DNA of 62,964 nt, the filler included, from Octopus bimaculoides (lineage: Eukaryota): the NCBI RefSeq assembly GCF_001194135.2. It is 7 parts of 7 records of this genome, joined end to end, with 100 filler letters (N's around TTAATTAATTAA, not from the genome) between each part and the next. Parts side by side here need not be neighbours in the genome. Positions count along the whole stretch, not along the records: positions 1 to 18,259 come from NC_068988.1; positions 18,360 to 47,426 come from NC_068981.1; 5 more parts are not named here. One strand, given 5' to 3'. Each line of letters begins with the position of its first letter. Within the stretch, counting starts at the first letter, position 1. Shown piece by piece: positions 13,298 through 26,029 of this stretch. Under the pieces are notes generated by a model. It saw nothing but the letters and a program-made list of their open reading frames with translations, did not search any database and was not told where the DNA came from. Made by a program: the position numbers and the translations under genes.

Positions 13298-14615
13298 AGG
13301 ACTAAAAGGGGACACGCACGCACGCACACACACAACTGAAAGTTAAATTAAACTTCCAACTGCTCCCTTCATTACTCTCTCATCTCTCCCTGTCTTGCTT
13401 ATTTGAAGCACCATGCTGCCATATGCATCAAGAGATGGCACTTATTGTGTCCTTATTTAATCCTCTCCACTATCACTCTTTATCACTCTGCCTCACTTTC
13501 ACTATCACCCCTCCATCGTTCTACTTCTTTTCCAACCCTGTGTTGTCTATATTTAATATACCCCTATCCTCTTTTAGTGTGTGCCATCTTTCTCCCCCTC
13601 TCTCTTCTGTATGTCTTTCTTCATCAGCATCTATTAATCTTACTATCTCTATTACTCACCATCACTCAACATTTACCTAGGGCTACAGCAATGTGCTGTG
13701 CAGTAGAACTGAACCTGAAGCCACAGGGCTGAGAAATAAATTTCTTTACCACACAGCCATTCTTGTACTTCATTAAAAATTCTCATTTCTTATTCTAAGA
13801 TCTAGCAGTAGTGTTTAGACAAAAGTTCATGGATAAGGTCTTATAAAACTGAAATAATGTAACTACTGATATATGCACAAAAAAGGCTCACTGGTCCCAG
13901 CTGGAAAGCTTTTGATCATAGGTCATTAGTAGTCATCAATAGATGTTTATCCTTCATTCATCCCCAGCGTTCTTCCTCCTTGTTTCTTTGTTTATCTTTC
14001 TGTGTTTTTTCAAATACATGCACATACACCAGTCCAGGTGTGTTAATGTGATTAGTTGAAGATACTCAAATACAAAATCAGATGTAGTGTTACAGTAAGC
14101 AATATATACAAACAGAAATTAAATGTAATAACATAAACAGACTAATATATAAACATCAGCCAGGTGTTGTGAAACCGGACGACTGGAAAAAATATATTGC
14201 TGAAACTGAGTTTGTATATTTGTATATACATCTACCCATTCCTCCAACCATACATACTTGTATATTGGAAATGTGATATTTATGTACACATACTTGGGGG
14301 GGGGGGGGTAGATTTAATGTGATATCTGTTTTTAGTTTTTCATTTTATTTTGTTTTTTTATCAGAATGAAGGGCAGTGCTCATTGCCCCTCTGCAGGGCT
14401 ATTGAGATCGATGGTTGAGAGTAAAGACGGTATCTTTAAACTAGAGACCTTGTGTGAATGCTTGCAACTGAGAAGACTCTGATAAATGCACCCAAAGTAT
14501 CTCTAAATCCAGTAATGGATTATGTTTATCACCCCTGTTCAATGCAATTGCTTGACCATTGGATACTTTTTTTGAGAATCCACATTGTTGCAAGTATTTG
14601 GACTATGTTTCTGCT

Positions 14616-14675
14616 CTGATCATAAATTCTTCCTTTCTACCTGCACTGATCATAAATTCTTCCTTTCTACCTGCA
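14616..14675 (+). repeat. Perfect 30-bp tandem duplication
   Basis: CTGATCATAAATTCTTCCTTTCTACCTGCA twice in succession. Confidence 0.95.
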
Positions 14676-17600
14676 CTCTATGAAGTCCTAGAAGAGATCA
14701 CAAGTATTGTACTTACTAATTTGGGTTTACACTCACACAGACACATACGCACACATATACACAACTCTACATAATATGATTAAGTACAGTACAAAATTTT
14801 GGACAGTGTAGTGATGAGATTAAGCTAAAGACTACAGTTCTGCTTCTAGATAAGCTGTTCTAATTAGCTTTTTATTGTTCCTTACATTAAACATTCTAAC
14901 AATAATGCAACTGTTGTTTTTTCATACTAACAGTATCCCGAATAATTCCTTTCAGTAAATTCTCTAAAATATGTTAATATTTACACCTACTGGTTTACAG
15001 TATTGTACTTAAGCAGCAGTTGTTTCATTTATGAATCTTAGGCATGCAGTTTGTGTTGACTATAAGCACTTATTCATATTTTGTAAATTTGTTCATTTTG
15101 TTTTCCCATGCTAGCATGGTTTGAAGAATACTTATTAGTGAGGTACATTTTTGCTGCCACATGCCTTTCCTACAGTTAAATCTTACCTGTTTTCACGTAA
15201 GGGACTTCTTTTTCATTCTACTTGTCTTTGTAAGGGAAAAGTTATGGAGGATTTGTTGACTGGGAATGTCAAAATGTTTTGGTCACATGCTTTCATATAA
15301 AAATGTGAAATGGAAACATTCACACAGATACAATCACACTCACATGCATGCTCATACATCCATACATCCATACACAGTAGATTATTATACAGTTCTTGCC
15401 TACTAATTCCATTCATAAGGCATTGGTCAGTTTGAAGTTACAATGAAAGATACAGTCAAAATTACCACTCTGTCAGATAAAATTCAAAGCCAAATTGCTA
15501 CAAATTAAACCCTGTTTCCAAATGGCGGTGCCTGCACCTCAGTGTATGAAAATGAACAAATGAACTTGCACATTTTTGTTTAGATTAAGAAATGTCTTTT
15601 TTTTAATGCAATTTTTCTGTATCTCTACCACTCGGCTTATCAGTTCATCTTTCCTGATGTACTGTTTTTAATAACCAAATAGAAACATGCATTTAGATCT
15701 GATCAAATATAAAATGAAGCAAGAACAGAAACAATACAACTAGACCCTGTCCCATACCAAACAATGGGTGAAACCTAAACCACTAGGACTGCAAATGGGT
15801 ACACAATTAATATGCTGATGAATACACTCAAGACAAAACTAAAGGGAGAACTTCTGAAGAACTACATAAGCATCACAAGAATAACAGTGGTAATCTAAAT
15901 GAACACAGATACTCCATCATCAGCTGCTGTATTGGAAATATAAGCAGTACCACTATATCATATATGTATATCATCATTGTATATATGTGTGTGTGGATAT
16001 CTTTTCTTTTTTTTCTCTTTTGCTTGTTTCAGTCATTTGACTGAACCTGGAACCATGTGGTCGGGAAGCAAGCAATAATATACTGAAGTCTTAATATTAA
16101 TTTCCAATTGCTGTAATGAATGTTAGTGTAAATGTAATGCATGGTAATGTAGCAAAGTGCATGGAGTAGTGTCGATATTTTGATTCCTGATATAGGTGCA
16201 GATTTATGTCTCATAGGCATTGCTTATGCAAATATCCACACGTTTCTGCATAGATATTTTTCCTTTTTTTGATGGAGTTTATTCCTTCCTTCTGGCTCTG
16301 AATATGAAGGTCAGAACATCACACTGTCTGTTGTTGGTATTGTAACTGAGATATTCCATTAAGTTGGAAAACAGCATGTATAAATCAGTTAAGCATCTGC
16401 AATAAAACAAAAGGTAGTAATACACACACTCACACACACGAAACAACAAAATGTTGGCAACAGCTACAATAACTAGAACAACAAAAATTGTAACTAATGA
16501 ACATCAAAATTATTTATTTTTTTTACCTTAGATACTTCAATTTGCAAATATTTCTTTTGTTTGTTTTTAACTTTTGTTGTTGGACCATATATATACATGT
16601 GTTCTCAACTACGTAGAAATGTTGGCCCTGCTACTTGGATTTATCTATATCTATTCGTGTATATTTTTTTTGTTTCTGTTGCTCTCTGAGTTACTGTAGA
16701 AACTATGTATGTGTGTGTTATGGTAAACATCTGTCTGCATTTTATGTTTATTTTCTGTTATATTAAAAGAAAAAAAGAAATTTTTTTGTTGTTACTTCTC
16801 CATTATTTCCGGGATTTCATTTTTAATATAATGAGGGTGGAGTCAATAGCTAGATGACTAGTCATACTGTAATGTTTTCACTTCTGGGTGGTTAGGTGGT
16901 TTCTGAAGATCTTAGATTGTATTAAGCAGATAAGAGAAACATCAACCCCCTGGTGTAAGATGCCAGTCTATCTTAGGTGTAATTCCCAGAAGGTTTAAAG
17001 TGAGTTCTTACTTGTATATCAAGTGAAATAACGAGTTATCTGCAAACGATTTTGGAATAAAGGGCTCTGAGCTGAGGGTCAAATAAGGTACCAACTCTGT
17101 TTCTTCTATATTTTTTATGCTTACAAAGTCTGGAGAAAGGGGCAATGCTCAATCTTCCCAGGCCCTTCTAGATGGTAGAATTTATGCCATTAATATCCTT
17201 CAAGTTAACAGCTATGAGAAAGGCATGAACAGGGAGGGAACTGTAGGGGCTGGGGAGGGATGGCTCCATGGAAGATAATAACAAGAGGAAACAAGTAGAT
17301 TGGGAATACTTGAGTGGAGGTGGCTTGAGACCTGCTATCACTGAGGGAGGAGTAGAGGCTATTATTTTCTTTTGACTAGTTGTTTTATGTCTTGGATACT
17401 GCATCATTGTTCTGAATGCAAATATCATTTTTATCTCTGGTGGTGGTCAAGAAAATGTTAAGTAATTATATACCATTCACTCAGTTTGTCTGTGTTATTA
17501 TTTTTCTTTTCAGTTTTAAGCATTAAGAGGTGTCATTTGCAGACTCAGTTAAATCCTATATATCAGAATTCCAGAACATTTGTTAAATGCACTGTGCCTT

Positions 17601-18222
17601 ATATGATTAATCATTTCCTAAAGTATGAAATCCTGGAAATGATTGACATCAGATCATAGAGCCAACTATTGGATGTGTTGGCATAGTTCTGAGGCTCACT
17701 CAAACCATGGCACCATAATAAGGCCGGAAACTTGTAGATGATGTTTTTTTTTAACTTGCACAAGTTAAAAATCCTCAAAATGCTTCATGTTCTTGCATTG
17801 TAGCTGGAAAAAATGGAGAAGGAGCCATTGTATATAATCTAATAATCTTTCAGTGGGAAGAATAGAAGTTCTGGGATTGTAGACTCAGTCTTTCATTTGG
17901 TTTACTTCCTTTCATATCTTACCCAAGACTACCCTTGGTTCTATGACATATACTATTTTAAAGTTATCTAAATTTAAACATTTCTTCAAGTTTCATGTCA
18001 ATTTATGTTACAAACAATAGCTTCATTAATGACAGTTATTTTACAAAGGTCTCCATTATTGTAGAAATTAACTGAAGCAAAATCAGTTTATTTTAATAGA
18101 AAGATGGAAATAAAAGGTGTGGGAACGAACCCTGAATAGCATAGTTCCAAAATGAACTATAACCACATGGCTATACTCTGCATGTGTGTGTGTGTGTGTA
18201 TATGTATATATGTATATGTATG

Positions 18223-18259
<37 letters not shown>

Positions 18260-18359
18260 NNNNNNNNNNNNNNNNNNNNNNNNNNNNNNNNNNNNNNNNN
18301 NNNTTAATTAATTAANNNNNNNNNNNNNNNNNNNNNNNNNNNNNNNNNNNNNNNNNNNN

Positions 18360-18745
18360 TAAACTTCCACACCCTTCTTCTCCAAGCCTGTCTAATTCTG
18401 GGCACCCATTTTGCCTTGATCCCAAAGTCGCTAACTACTAATCTATGTTGTGGGGTACATTCTTCGCCAGGGTAGGTTTTGGCATTTATAAGCCGCCCTC
18501 TTTCCCTATTTCTGGCGAGGATGTAGTCGATTTGGCTAGAGTGTCTGCCGGAGCGGTAGGTGACTAGGTGACTGGCAGGTTTCCTGAAGTTGGTATTGCA
18601 GACCATAAGATTGGTTGCATCACAGAACTCCAGCAGTCTGGTTCCCTCCTCGTTGCGGGAACCGAAGCCATAGCCTCCATGTATGCCATGGAAGCCCCCA
18701 GCACGACGTCCGACATGACCGTTGAAGTCTCCAGCCACAAAGAGA
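18360..18745 (-). mobile_element. RTE-clade LINE, apurinic-endonuclease domain fragment
   Basis: Open frame FVAGDFNGHVG...GYGFGSRNEEGTRLLEFCDATNLMVCNTNFRK...VTYRSGRHSSQIDYIL...EECTPQHRLVVSDF (GDFN, IDY, QH motifs); 5'-truncated near 18742, 3' part lost in the gap. Confidence 0.93.
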
Positions 18746-19621
18746 AATGACAATAACAATGAGAGACAATGGCCTGTATGTCATGTCACGGAAACAAAAC
18801 TTTCCATATCAATCAAAAGTCTTTAAGATGCATGATCAAACTTGTCAGACTTGGTAAATTGATAATTAATTAATTAATCAGCTGAATGTGATTGATGGGA
18901 AGAAAAATCAATAAAAAAAATATTAACTGTTTGAGGTAATTCAGTATAATAATTCTAATAGATTTATTACTAACTTTCACTTCTCTGCCCTGAATGAGGA
19001 CTGAGATGAGATTGATCAAAGATAATATTTGTATACTTATATAACAGAGTGTGGATATAAACAAAGAAGACAGAAGGAGAAAAAAGACTAAAAACTGAAG
19101 GAAAGGTAGGACTGTTTTCTTTATAAAACAACCAAGGGAGGAAGGGTTGTATACTTGGCCTTCTTAAATTGGCTGTAGGATCTTCTAAACTAGTTGCAAG
19201 CCCCAACTAGAGAGGTGAGATTGATTCACTTCTTGTTGAACTGGAGCATGTGGAAATCAGTTTCTGTAGGACAAATACAGATGGAGAAGGAACTCTAAGA
19301 GGTTGCAAAGTTTTGTGAAGTGTTTTACATAAAGTGTGGGAGTTAAGACACACTAAAGATAAAGAGAGGTGAAGAGATGTGTGTGCTGAGTGGACCTATA
19401 TGGGGAAGGTGTGCAGTTATAATGTCTAGTTCAAAGTTTTATCATAGTAGCAATAGATGAATCAATGTGGAAACAAAAAAGTAAATTTGTGAACTAGTGA
19501 TTGCAATGTGTTGGTAATTAAACCTTTGGCATTTAGTTGACTTGTTGTCTTCTGGAAGTGGTCTAGAATGTGTGTGTGTGTGTGTGTGTGTGTGTAGCAT
19601 AAACTCCATCGAAGATATTAT

Positions 19622-19810
19622 CAACATCATCTAATGCCCACTTTCCTTGCTGATATGGGTTGGGCAAAATTTGTCAAGGTGCTTCTCTACAGGTGGATGC
19701 CCTTCCTGTCACCAACCCTCACTTGTTTTCAAGCAAGCTAAGATATCCCCCATGACATTACATGTTTCCACAGAAGATTGGAAACAAAAGGACACTCACT
19801 ACTTACATGA
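19622..19810 (-). mobile_element. SINE family C, decayed
   Basis: CATCATCTAATGCCCACTTTCC...GGATGCCCTTCCTGTCACCAACCCTCAC. Confidence 0.7.
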
Positions 19811-20039
19811 CAAAATCTAATATAGGTCTTATTTGAACTTTATGGAATGGTCTCATTTTAAGCATAGGAAGGCATATCATTAAATGTGATAGAAAATAGG
19901 TTGTTAATATACAGAAGCAAGGGAAAGCTAAACCTAGTGTGAGATATAACTAAACCTTGTGGTACTGTGTGAAGAAAGAGTGGGCCACTAATGAATTCAT
20001 AGTGCAATGATAGGAAGCTTTCAACTCAAAAGATACATG

Positions 20040-20185
20040 CAGTGAATTGGCTGAGTCATAACTGCATAGGACAAAATGCTTTGTGGTCATTTGTTCTAGA
20101 TCTCTGCATGCTGAGTTCAAATCCCACCAAGGTCTTTTTGCTTTTTAACCTTTCAGAGTTCACAAAAATAGAGTACCAGTCTTAG
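20040..20185 (+). mobile_element. SINE family B, decayed
   Basis: AAAATGCTT...GAGTTCAAATCCC...CCTTTC...AGAGTACCAGT matches 1446-1655. Confidence 0.6.
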
Positions 20186-20799
20186 GTGGGGCTTGGAAGA
20201 ATTATTGAAATGGGAGACAAGATGTCTGGTATTTGTTCAAGATTTTTGTATTCTGAATTTTTGGGTGGTAGCTTCATTCTTTGCTCAGTTTAACACAATT
20301 CCCTAGTCCTTAGAGGCCTTTAGTGAAATTCAATATGTTGATGCATTCAGGTTAGGTCTCTGGTTTGTGAATAACTTCATCTCTCCTTCCTACTAGTTTC
20401 AGGATCCTGAAAACATAAAAGGCTATGGGCATTGCCCTTCTCTCCCTAACTAAAAGGGTAAAAAAACAAACAGATATAGCCCATAGGCATAGCTAAGGCT
20501 AAGAGATTCTGATTTGCAAAATTCTCAAGAGCGAATGACAACTGGTGAATGAATAAGGACAGTGATGACAAGGATGGAGAGAGACTCAAACAGATGAAAA
20601 ACATACATTCAGTATACTTTGGATAGCCTAGAGCTTGAGTATTAATCAGAGGGATAGCAGAATTAGTGCATCAAATAAAGATACTTTGTTAAATCTCTTT
20701 GCACCTAGTTTGACTTCACCATTCTGGAAGTTGAAGAGTGATAGGATTTTGAGAGGAATTGACAAATGCAAGAGATAACTACAAACAATAAACATACTA

Positions 20800-21050
20800 T
20801 CAATGGATGATGATGGATTGGTGGCGTTTGGTCATGAGGTGATGATAATGATGATGACACTTACAACAATGCTGACAATGATTAAAATGATGCTGATGAC
20901 AACCATAATGTAAAATGATGATGATGGTAGTTGTAGTCCTGGTAATAATGATAATGTTGGTAGTGATGATGATGATGGCAATCCTGGTACTAAGAATAAT
21001 AGTGATAGTGATGACAATGATGTTGATTTTTATGTCTGACAATGATGAGG
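20800..21050. repeat. Degenerate (GAT/ATG)n microsatellite
   Basis: Low-complexity trinucleotide tract. Confidence 0.85.
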
Positions 21051-22676
21051 AAAGCAATGCTGTTTACACAGGTTTACAATTCGAAAAATCTACAAACGAT
21101 TTAAACAATAATTCAATTTCTATCAACTATGCTCTGTTTGTGATTTACTTGAACGATTGGATTATCTGGTCAAAATGTCACTCGATCAGTATTAATGAAA
21201 GCTATACAAATGCAGCAATTGTTGCTACCAAAATAAAATCTATGCACATTTGTATGTACCTGACATTAATTTAATCCTGTTTTTATCCCATGAGAAGACA
21301 TCTATTATAGCTGCAGTTTTATAAAGCATGCATTTTATCCATNNNNNNNNNNNNNNNNNNNNNNNNNNNNNNNNNNNNNNNNNNNNNNNNNNNNNNNNNN
21401 NNNNNNNNNNNNNNNNNNNNNNNNNNNNNNNNNNNNNNNNNNATGAGAAGACATCTATTATAGCTGCAGTTTTATAAAGCATGCATTTTATCCATCATCT
21501 ACTGGAAGGCTACAATGGTATTGCACATTTGTAAGATCTGAATTAATGTTATGAAAATCTAGATGGGTACATATGCACAGGTACATACACTTTTACAAGT
21601 AAGCAGAAATGTTTACACAATTGGTAAAATCAAAATACACTCATTTGCTTCCAGTCATTTTAATTTTATTCTTGAAGTCTTCTTCAGTCATGACTGATCG
21701 TTAGCTTTTGCACTGAGAAAGTTTCTATTCAATGCAGAGATCTGGGCAAGCTCTTTTAGAGGAGGAGGAGGAGGAGGAGGAGGAGTGTTAGGCAGCTGCC
21801 CATACATGTAAGACTCACCTCCTCACAACACTGGTGTTGTCAAAAGAAAAGCAGCTTGGAACCAGTGTCATCAGAGGTATTGCTATCAGAAAGTAAATAG
21901 GTGGATCAGTTACCACAAGCCAGCATCCCATCCAATGCTGTAACAATTCAGCTACATTGGATAGCTACATTTTATGGACAACCACACAAGGATGAAAGAC
22001 AAAGCTGCATCTGCATCCCTGACTGGATGTTTACATCCAGCATGCATTGTATGCAAAAGCAGTGAGCTACAAAGGGTGAAGTTTATTACTGTTTCCTTGT
22101 CGATGAAATGACTGCTGGCTCTATATTTTTGAAGGTGTGTGAATAAGAGATCCTGTTATTGAAAAACAGGTAAGGGTTAGAAGCATGAAGGGCATTCAGC
22201 TGTAAACCAATGCCTAAATGATATATATTTGTTTAACCTATTCTAGAATGGAAAAACAAGTAAAATCAAATGAACAAATAAGTAGTGAGTTATTACTAAT
22301 ATCAGACAATGTTCTTAGGCAAGGAAATTTACTTCAGTCACATCAATATGGACGGAATGTTAATACCAGTAGGATACCAAAACATTCATCTAAGTGAAAT
22401 AGTGGAAAAATACATTGAAGTTTTAACTGATAAGTGTATACTTCATGATGTTCCAGTCTATTCATCTGTAAATGAATACCAACCTTGAGTTAGTGCAGCT
22501 TTGCTGCCTTCCGGCCATCATATGCACAATGTTCTATTGTTACTGGGAAGGCAGAGCATGCTTGTATCTGCTCACAACTACTCTGGTAGCTAAAACAATT
22601 AGTGAATGTGTGTTACAAGCTGCCATGCTGAACTCACTTGCAAATGATGGATGGATGGATGGATAAATAGACAAAT

Positions 22677-23072
22677 GGTTGTTGTTGTTGTTGGCATTCC
22701 GTTGCTTACAACATCGAGGGTTCCAGTTGATCCGATCAATGGAATAGCCTGCTCATGAAATTAACGTGCAAGTGGCTGAGCACTCTACAGACACGTGTAC
22801 CCTTAACGTAGTTCTCGGGGATATTCAGCGTGACACAGTGTGACAAGGCTGACCCTTTGAATTACAGGCACAACAGAAACAGGAAGTAAGAGTGAGAGAA
22901 AGTTGTGGTGAAAGAGTACAGCAGGGTTCACCACCATCCCCTGCCAGAGCCTCGTGGAGCTTTAGGTGTTTTCGCTCAATAAACACTCACAATGCCCGGT
23001 CTGGGAATTAAAACCGCGATCCTATGACCACGAGTCTGCTGCCCTAACCACTGGGCCATTGCGCCTCCACAG
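22677..23072 (-). mobile_element. tRNA-derived SINE family D, well preserved, (AAC)n tail
   Basis: Minus strand begins GTGGAGGCGCAATGGCCCAGTGGTTAGGG (A box)...GGTTTTAATTCCC (degenerate B box) and ends GGAATGCCAACAACAACAAC. Confidence 0.85.
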
Positions 23073-23324
23073 ACAAATGGATGGATGGATAAATAGACAT
23101 ATAGATGGATAGATAGACAGATAAATAAATGGATGGAGGGACAAATGAATGAACGGATAGATGGATGGTTGGCTGGATATACATAGCTTAGTAATCACTT
23201 GCATGCAAGTATAATTTGATAGATTATACCCTGCTTTCATGTGGAAGTTTGTTTCTGTGATTGCGTGAGTGTGTGTTTGAGTGTGTGTGTGTGTCTGTGT
23301 GCATATACATGCACACATGCAGGA

Positions 23325-23468
23325 CAGATTTCCACACAGCATGTTTCATAAATTTCCCTCAAAAGGCATTAGGCAACCTAATACTATAAGGAAAGTTCTG
23401 TACAGTGGGATAGAACCTGGAACCATGTGGTTGCAAAGTGAACTTCTTAACCATACAACCATGTTTGC
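23325..23468 (-). mobile_element. SINE family A, 5' part
   Basis: CAGTGGGATAGAACCTGGAACCATGTGGTTGCAAAGTGAACTTCTTAACC. Confidence 0.7.
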
Positions 23469-23862
23469 ATCCAAGCAAGAAGCAAACAGCAAAATCAAAA
23501 TTAAGATTTAAACTATACAACTAAGCTAAATTGAATAATGTTTTAATATGCTACTGACAGCATAACTGAGCAATACTAAGCCATGATAATATGCTAAAAG
23601 TAATTTCAATTAGACAAGTCTTGAGGCCTGAAACTATTTATATAAGTAGGAAAATAAACAGAAGACATAGTTAAGTATTAATTGAAATATAAATTCCTAG
23701 CCTAAAGAATAGTGTTCACTTTCTTCATGTAATTATATTTTAAAATTAAGCAAAGCTGCTAGAGTTTTCATTATTGATCTATTTTCGACACACATGGACA
23801 CGGACACACTACGTATACACCTTTGTGTGGTCTGTGTGTATATATGTGTGTATATATATACT

Positions 23863-24047
23863 GGCATAGGCATGGCTGTGTGCTTCCCAACCATGTGGTT
23901 CTGGGTTCAGTCCCACTGCTTGGCAGCTTGAGCAAGTGTCTTCCACTATGGCCTTAGACTAAGCAAAATCTTGTGAGTGGATTTGGTAGATGGAAACTGA
24001 AAGAAAGCCATCATATACATGTGTGTTGTGCATGCACATATGTATGT

Positions 24048-24093
<46 letters not shown>

Positions 24094-24191
24094 CGTGTAC
24101 GATTGTGCCCTACCACTGCTTGACAGTGTTTCTTGGTGTGTTTCTGTCTTTGTGACTTAATGATTTGGCAAAAGAAACTGATAGAATAAGA
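23863..24191 (+). mobile_element. SINE family A
   Basis: GGCATAGGCATGGCTGTG...GGGTTCAGTCCCACTG...GTGAGTGGATTTGGTAGATGGAAACTGAAAGAA...GGCAAAAGAAACTGATAGAATAAG. Confidence 0.85.
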
Positions 24192-24234
24192 ATTTTTAGT
24201 CATATGAATTGACTTCAGTAATTATTTGTTTTTC

Positions 24235-24530
24235 TAAGTGTATATTCTATCGGTTTCTTTTGCTAAACAACTAAGTTACAAGGATGTAAACACACCAACA
24301 CCAGTTGTCAAGCTGTGGTGGAGGACAAACATAGACACAAAGACACACACACACATATATATATATACACACACCATGGGCTTCTTCCAGTTTCCATCTA
24401 CCAAGTCCACTTGCAAGGCTTTGGTTGTCCCAAGACTGTAGCAGAAGACATTCGTCTAAGTTGCCATGCAGGAAGATTGAACTTGGAACCATGTGGTTCA
24501 GAAGAAAGCTTCTTACCACACACCCAATCC
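24235..24530 (-). mobile_element. SINE family A (inverted partner of 23863-24191)
   Basis: TATTCTATCGGTTTCTTTTGC...TTCCAGTTTCCATCTACCAAGTCCACT...GGAACCATGTGGTT. Confidence 0.85.
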
Positions 24531-25341
24531 ATAAGTCAATATAACTGCTCATAAGCAATAATGTTTTCTCTTTTATTTCTTTTTCATAAAGGCACAGAGG
24601 TTCACTGAAATGCTATCTAGTCTGATAACACAGGGCTTTTCTTTGTGTAAAAATAAACACATACGTGAAAACTGTGATACTACACTGAATGTGGAAGTTC
24701 AGTGGGGGCTGGATAAAGTGGGTATGAAACAGTGAGTGTGTTACGTTAATCTGCTTAAAAGATAAGTGTGTTGAAAATGGTTGGGTACTAAAGATATCAG
24801 CTGTTGTATGCAAGAGGATTATAGGTAAGTTTACCACCACCAATTCCCCACAAGGGAAGTACACTGCCATCAATTCACCGTGAAGAAAGTTCACCATGAG
24901 GAAAGTTTACCACGAGGAAAGTTTATCGAGGAAATATATTCATAGTATCTCACCATTAATAGTTAAAAATTATGATATTGGAAAAAAAACAAAAAACAGT
25001 GAATTGATGATGGTGAACTTACAGAACATGATGCAGAAGCAATGACTATGATAGGATGTATAATAAATATTAGTTGAAAATGTGATGTGAGCTGCTGGAG
25101 GAAAGTTCTTGTGGAAGAAGAAGACCAAAAAAGTCATGGGAAAAGGTATAGTCAGATTCCAGGATGCTAGGCTTCAAAGATGAAATTATAAAATATCAAA
25201 GTACTTGTTAATATGCTGTTTAGCAGACTTCATGCTAACATGGAAAAGTAGACATTACGACATTACCAACAACAAATAAATAGTCTACAATGCCAGCTTA
25301 GTCAAAATGGTGCTTTTAAAAAATGTAATTTAGACACACTT

Positions 25342-25430
25342 GCAACGATATCACATTAAGAACATGTTAAACCAGTTCTCATCTGATCATCAAAGTTAAG
25401 CAACACTGAAACTAGGTGACCACTTGGGAA
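25342..25430 (+). pseudogene. 5S rRNA-derived fragment (pseudogene or SINE3-type head)
   Basis: ACCAGTTCTCATCTGATCATCAAAGTTAAGCAAC matches the invertebrate 5S core ACCGGTTCTCGTCCGATCACCGAAGTTAAGCAAC (recalled consensus), differing only at CpG sites; then GGTGACCACTTGGGAA versus GGTGACCGCCTGGGAA after a ~17-nt deletion. Confidence 0.75.
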
Positions 25431-25431
25431 A

Positions 25432-25580
25432 CATGGTTTGATGGTTAGGATATTGGGTTCACAAACACAAGATCATGGGTTCAATTCCTGGACCTGGCAG
25501 TGAGTTGTATCCTTATGCAGCAGACTTCATTTCACATTGTGTACTCCAGGATACTCAGCTGCAAATGAGTATCAACCTCG
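25432..25580 (+). mobile_element. tRNA-derived SINE head plus central domain, decayed
   Basis: TGGTTTGATGGTTAGG (A-box-like), GGTTCAATTCC (B box, ~25478), then CTTCATTTCACATTG...CTCAGCTGCAAATGAGTA. Confidence 0.6.
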
Positions 25581-26029
25581 TACTGGTGCTGCTCTCTCTC
25601 CCTCCATCTGTTACATCTTTGATGTTCTATTGGGTCCAAGGGTGGGAGTCTAAGATGGTACCTACATCTGCTTATAACTACATAGGCACCTAAAACTAGT
25701 GCCATCTTAAGGTATTGGAACAGTGAGCAGTGAGCCCAGGGGCCTCATAAGTCTATGAGCCAAATTTTAATCCATGTACATGATATCTTGTTGTCAATAA
25801 ATAAATACTGTTGAGCGTAGTGCATAGATTTGCCCTATAATGCTGCTAAAGTAGCCATGCCTAAAACAATTAACCCAAAGTATGGTACAAGCAACCTGGT
25901 TATACCCACTGATGAGTGAAGGGTAAGACTTTTCTTCTCAAATTGTTTAAGAATTTTTATTAATAAATATTTTTGCACAACACAGCATATATAAGAAAAT
26001 CTGAGATAAATCTAATATATCATCGTTAT

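Noticed and set aside
14516-14575. MDYVYHPC... as a possible Phox2 exon 1 start
   Set aside because: Stops after 19 codons, no suitable donor, and no real similarity beyond MDY.
16830-17400. Possible LTR-like or other repeat remnant (also 14350-14560, 18900-19430, 20320-20800, 27420-27630)
   Set aside because: Composition suggests old mobile DNA, but I could not identify diagnostic motifs, termini or a second copy.
18304-18315. TTAATTAATTAA embedded in N runs (also 47471, 56589, 57794, 59518, 60924)
   Set aside because: Identical 12-mer centred in gaps, with stops in all six frames; an assembly gap linker, not biological sequence.
21290-21495. Exact 53-bp direct repeat flanking a 100-N gap
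   Set aside because: The same sequence ends one contig and starts the next; typical unmerged overlap, so probably a single copy.
23010-23072. tRNA gene candidates at SINE heads (also 1446, 25432, 35685, 51480)
   Set aside because: A/B-box-like motifs exist, but there is no complete cloverleaf and each continues into a multi-copy SINE body.
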